Positions 30,912 to 32,000 of a stretch of 32,000 nucleotides of DNA are shown here, piece after piece. The notes under the pieces were generated by a model. It saw only the letters and a program-made list of their open reading frames with translations, made no database searches and was not told where the DNA came from. This stretch comes from Candidatus Portiera aleyrodidarum (GTDB taxonomy: Bacteria > Pseudomonadota > Gammaproteobacteria > Johnevansiales > Johnevansiaceae), in the NCBI RefSeq assembly GCF_000953295.1, contig NZ_LN649255.1, forward strand, positions 258,196 through 290,195, in the 5' to 3' direction. The position numbers and the translations under genes were made by a program. Every line of letters begins with the position of its first letter. Position 1 is the first letter of the stretch.

Positions 30912-31367
30912 TTATGTCAAATATTTAAAACTTAATTTTTTTTTACGATCCCAAGTTCGTTTTTTTTCTACATTACGTTTATCAATTAATTTTTTTCCTT
31001 TAACTAAGGCTAATTCACATTTTATAAGATGTTTTTTCCAATAAAATTTTAAAGGCAGACAGGCATATCTTTTGATATTTATATATGAATTAATATATGA
31101 AATTTCTTTTTTTTTAAGTAAAAGTTTTTTTATATATTTTTTTTTTATTAATTTATTATTTGTATTATTTATAGGTAGAATATTTGCACCTAATAACCAT
31201 GCTTCATTATATTTTATTATTATATAAGTATTATTTAAATTGAATTTATTACAACGTATACTTTTTATTTCCCAACCAAAAAAACATATTCCTGCCTCAA
31301 ATTTATCAGAAATAAAATAGTTATATTTTATTTTACGATTAGAATAAATTATTGATATATTTTGCAT
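30912..31367 (-). CDS. smpB: SsrA-binding protein
   Basis: 151 aa, collinear with E. coli SmpB: NRKIKYNYFISDKFEAGICFFGWEIKSIR, EAWLLGANI, KKLLLKKKEI, LKFYWKKHLIKCELALVKGKKLIDKR, plus a basic C-terminal tail. Confidence 0.96.
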   Translation of the reverse strand: MQNISIIYSNRKIKYNYFISDKFEAGICFFGWEIKSIRCNKFNLNNTYIIIKYNEAWLLGANILPINNTNNKLIKKKYIKKLLLKKKEISYINSYINIKRYACLPLKFYWKKHLIKCELALVKGKKLIDKRNVEKKRTWDRKKKLSFKYLT

Positions 31368-31396
31368 TATACTTTTTCTTAAGATAAAATTATTAA

Positions 31397-31426
31397 CTTG
31401 AATTTTAATATTAAAGTACTTATAAA
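31397..31426 (+). promoter_or_regulatory. candidate promoter upstream of grpE (CTTGAAT - 17 nt - TATAAA)
   Basis: A TTGAAT hexamer at 31398-31403 is followed by a 17-nt spacer and TATAAA at 31421-31426, about 35 nt upstream of the grpE ATG. The CTTGAA core is also the sigma-32 -35 core. At this AT content a -10-like hexamer carries little information. Confidence 0.25.
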
Positions 31427-31461
31427 TTTTAACATAAAACTAACGAAGATGTTAGGAAGAT

Positions 31462-31968
31462 ATGATCATGTTTAATAAAAATTTTATTAAAGAACAAAAA
31501 ATAACAGATAATTTAAAATTACGTATATTTAATATTGAAATAAAATTAGAAGATTCTAAAAATAAAGCATTAAAAGCTATTACAGATACAAAAAATTATA
31601 TACGTAGAGCTGATAAAGAAATTGAAAAAACACGTAAATTTGCAATAGAAAAATTTCTTAAAGAATTAATCCCAATTATAGATGGTTTAGAAAAAGCATT
31701 TGAACTTATGAAAAAAGAAAAAATAAATAATTCGCATATTGAAGGTTTAAAAATGACATTAAATATGCAATTAAATTTAATAAAAAAATTTGGTGTGAAT
31801 CAAATTAATCCAATCGGAAAAATTTTTAATCCATTATGTCATGAGGCAGTTGCTACTGTAAAATCATTAAATAATAATAATACTATAATTGATGTTTTAC
31901 AAAAAGGATATCTTCTAAATGACCGATTAGTACGTCCTGCTTTGGTAATAGTTAGTAAAAATAAATAA
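31462..31968 (+). CDS. grpE: nucleotide exchange factor GrpE
   Basis: 168 aa. RRADKEIEKTRKFAIEKFLKELIPIIDGLEKA, KKFGV, FNPLCHEAVA and LQKGYLLNDRLVRPALV are present. AGGAAG lies 6 nt upstream of the ATG. Confidence 0.94.
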   Translation: MIMFNKNFIKEQKITDNLKLRIFNIEIKLEDSKNKALKAITDTKNYIRRADKEIEKTRKFAIEKFLKELIPIIDGLEKAFELMKKEKINNSHIEGLKMTLNMQLNLIKKFGVNQINPIGKIFNPLCHEAVATVKSLNNNNTIIDVLQKGYLLNDRLVRPALVIVSKNK

Positions 31969-31987
31969 ATTAATAATAAAGAATTAT

Positions 31988-31994
31988 GAGGTGA
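31988..31994 (+). promoter_or_regulatory. Shine-Dalgarno-like GAGGTGA, presumably for a gene starting just beyond the window (dnaK expected by Pseudomonas-type grpE-dnaK order)
   Basis: GAGGTGA is complementary to the anti-SD and lies 20 nt after the grpE stop and 6 nt before the window end. The downstream gene is not visible. Confidence 0.3.
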
Positions 31995-32000
31995 TTAAAT

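Noticed and set aside
30829-31044. 71-aa + strand ORF overlapping the ssrA 5' end and the smpB 3' end
   Set aside because: It is antisense to a confidently folded tmRNA and to smpB, with no support beyond being open.

Overview
This is an extremely AT-rich, almost gap-free bacterial chromosome segment. Hand counts of single 60-nt lines give about 17% G+C in ordinary coding sequence and 30-47% only in the most conserved codons and the RNA genes. It reads in the standard code: UGA ends gyrB, glyS and nuoK, and Trp is UGG.

I can assign 31 protein genes, 5 tRNAs and a tmRNA. By my coordinate tally only about 0.6 kb (about 2%) is unassigned, and the largest gap is 94 nt.

Gene order:
- gyrB 3' end (+)
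- tRNA(CAU) (+)
- glyS-glyQ (-)
- A 16-gene, 17.2-kb co-directional array, ilvA-ruvX-fpr-nuoABCDEFGHIJKLM N (+), with nuoC and nuoD fused
- A convergent 10-gene amino-acid block, hisB-hisH-hisA-hisF-hisC-thrB-(AI-2E family transporter)-argH-lysA-dapF (-), interrupted by one + strand tRNA-Thr(CGU)
- tRNA-Phe/Gln/Thr (+)
- ssrA and smpB (-)
- grpE (+)

Several features point to a drastically reduced gammaproteobacterial insect endosymbiont of Pseudomonas/Oceanospirillales ancestry:
- fused NuoCD
- monofunctional HisB
- Pseudomonas-type ThrB
- the local orders gyrB..glyS-glyQ, hisBHAF, argH..lysA-dapF and smpB..grpE

This is Carsonella-like, but that is an inference and has not been verified by any search.

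I found no defence system, mobile element, CRISPR array, or unexplained coding capacity. Everything here is core housekeeping or biosynthesis. The observations worth a second look are consequences of extreme compaction:
- a CDS terminating inside an antisense tRNA anticodon loop
- convergent and tandem gene overlaps
- a well-conserved AI-2E-family transporter embedded among amino-acid biosynthesis genes
- a tmRNA with a clearly readable but atypical tag
- an apparently redundant, imperfect tRNA-Thr(CGU)
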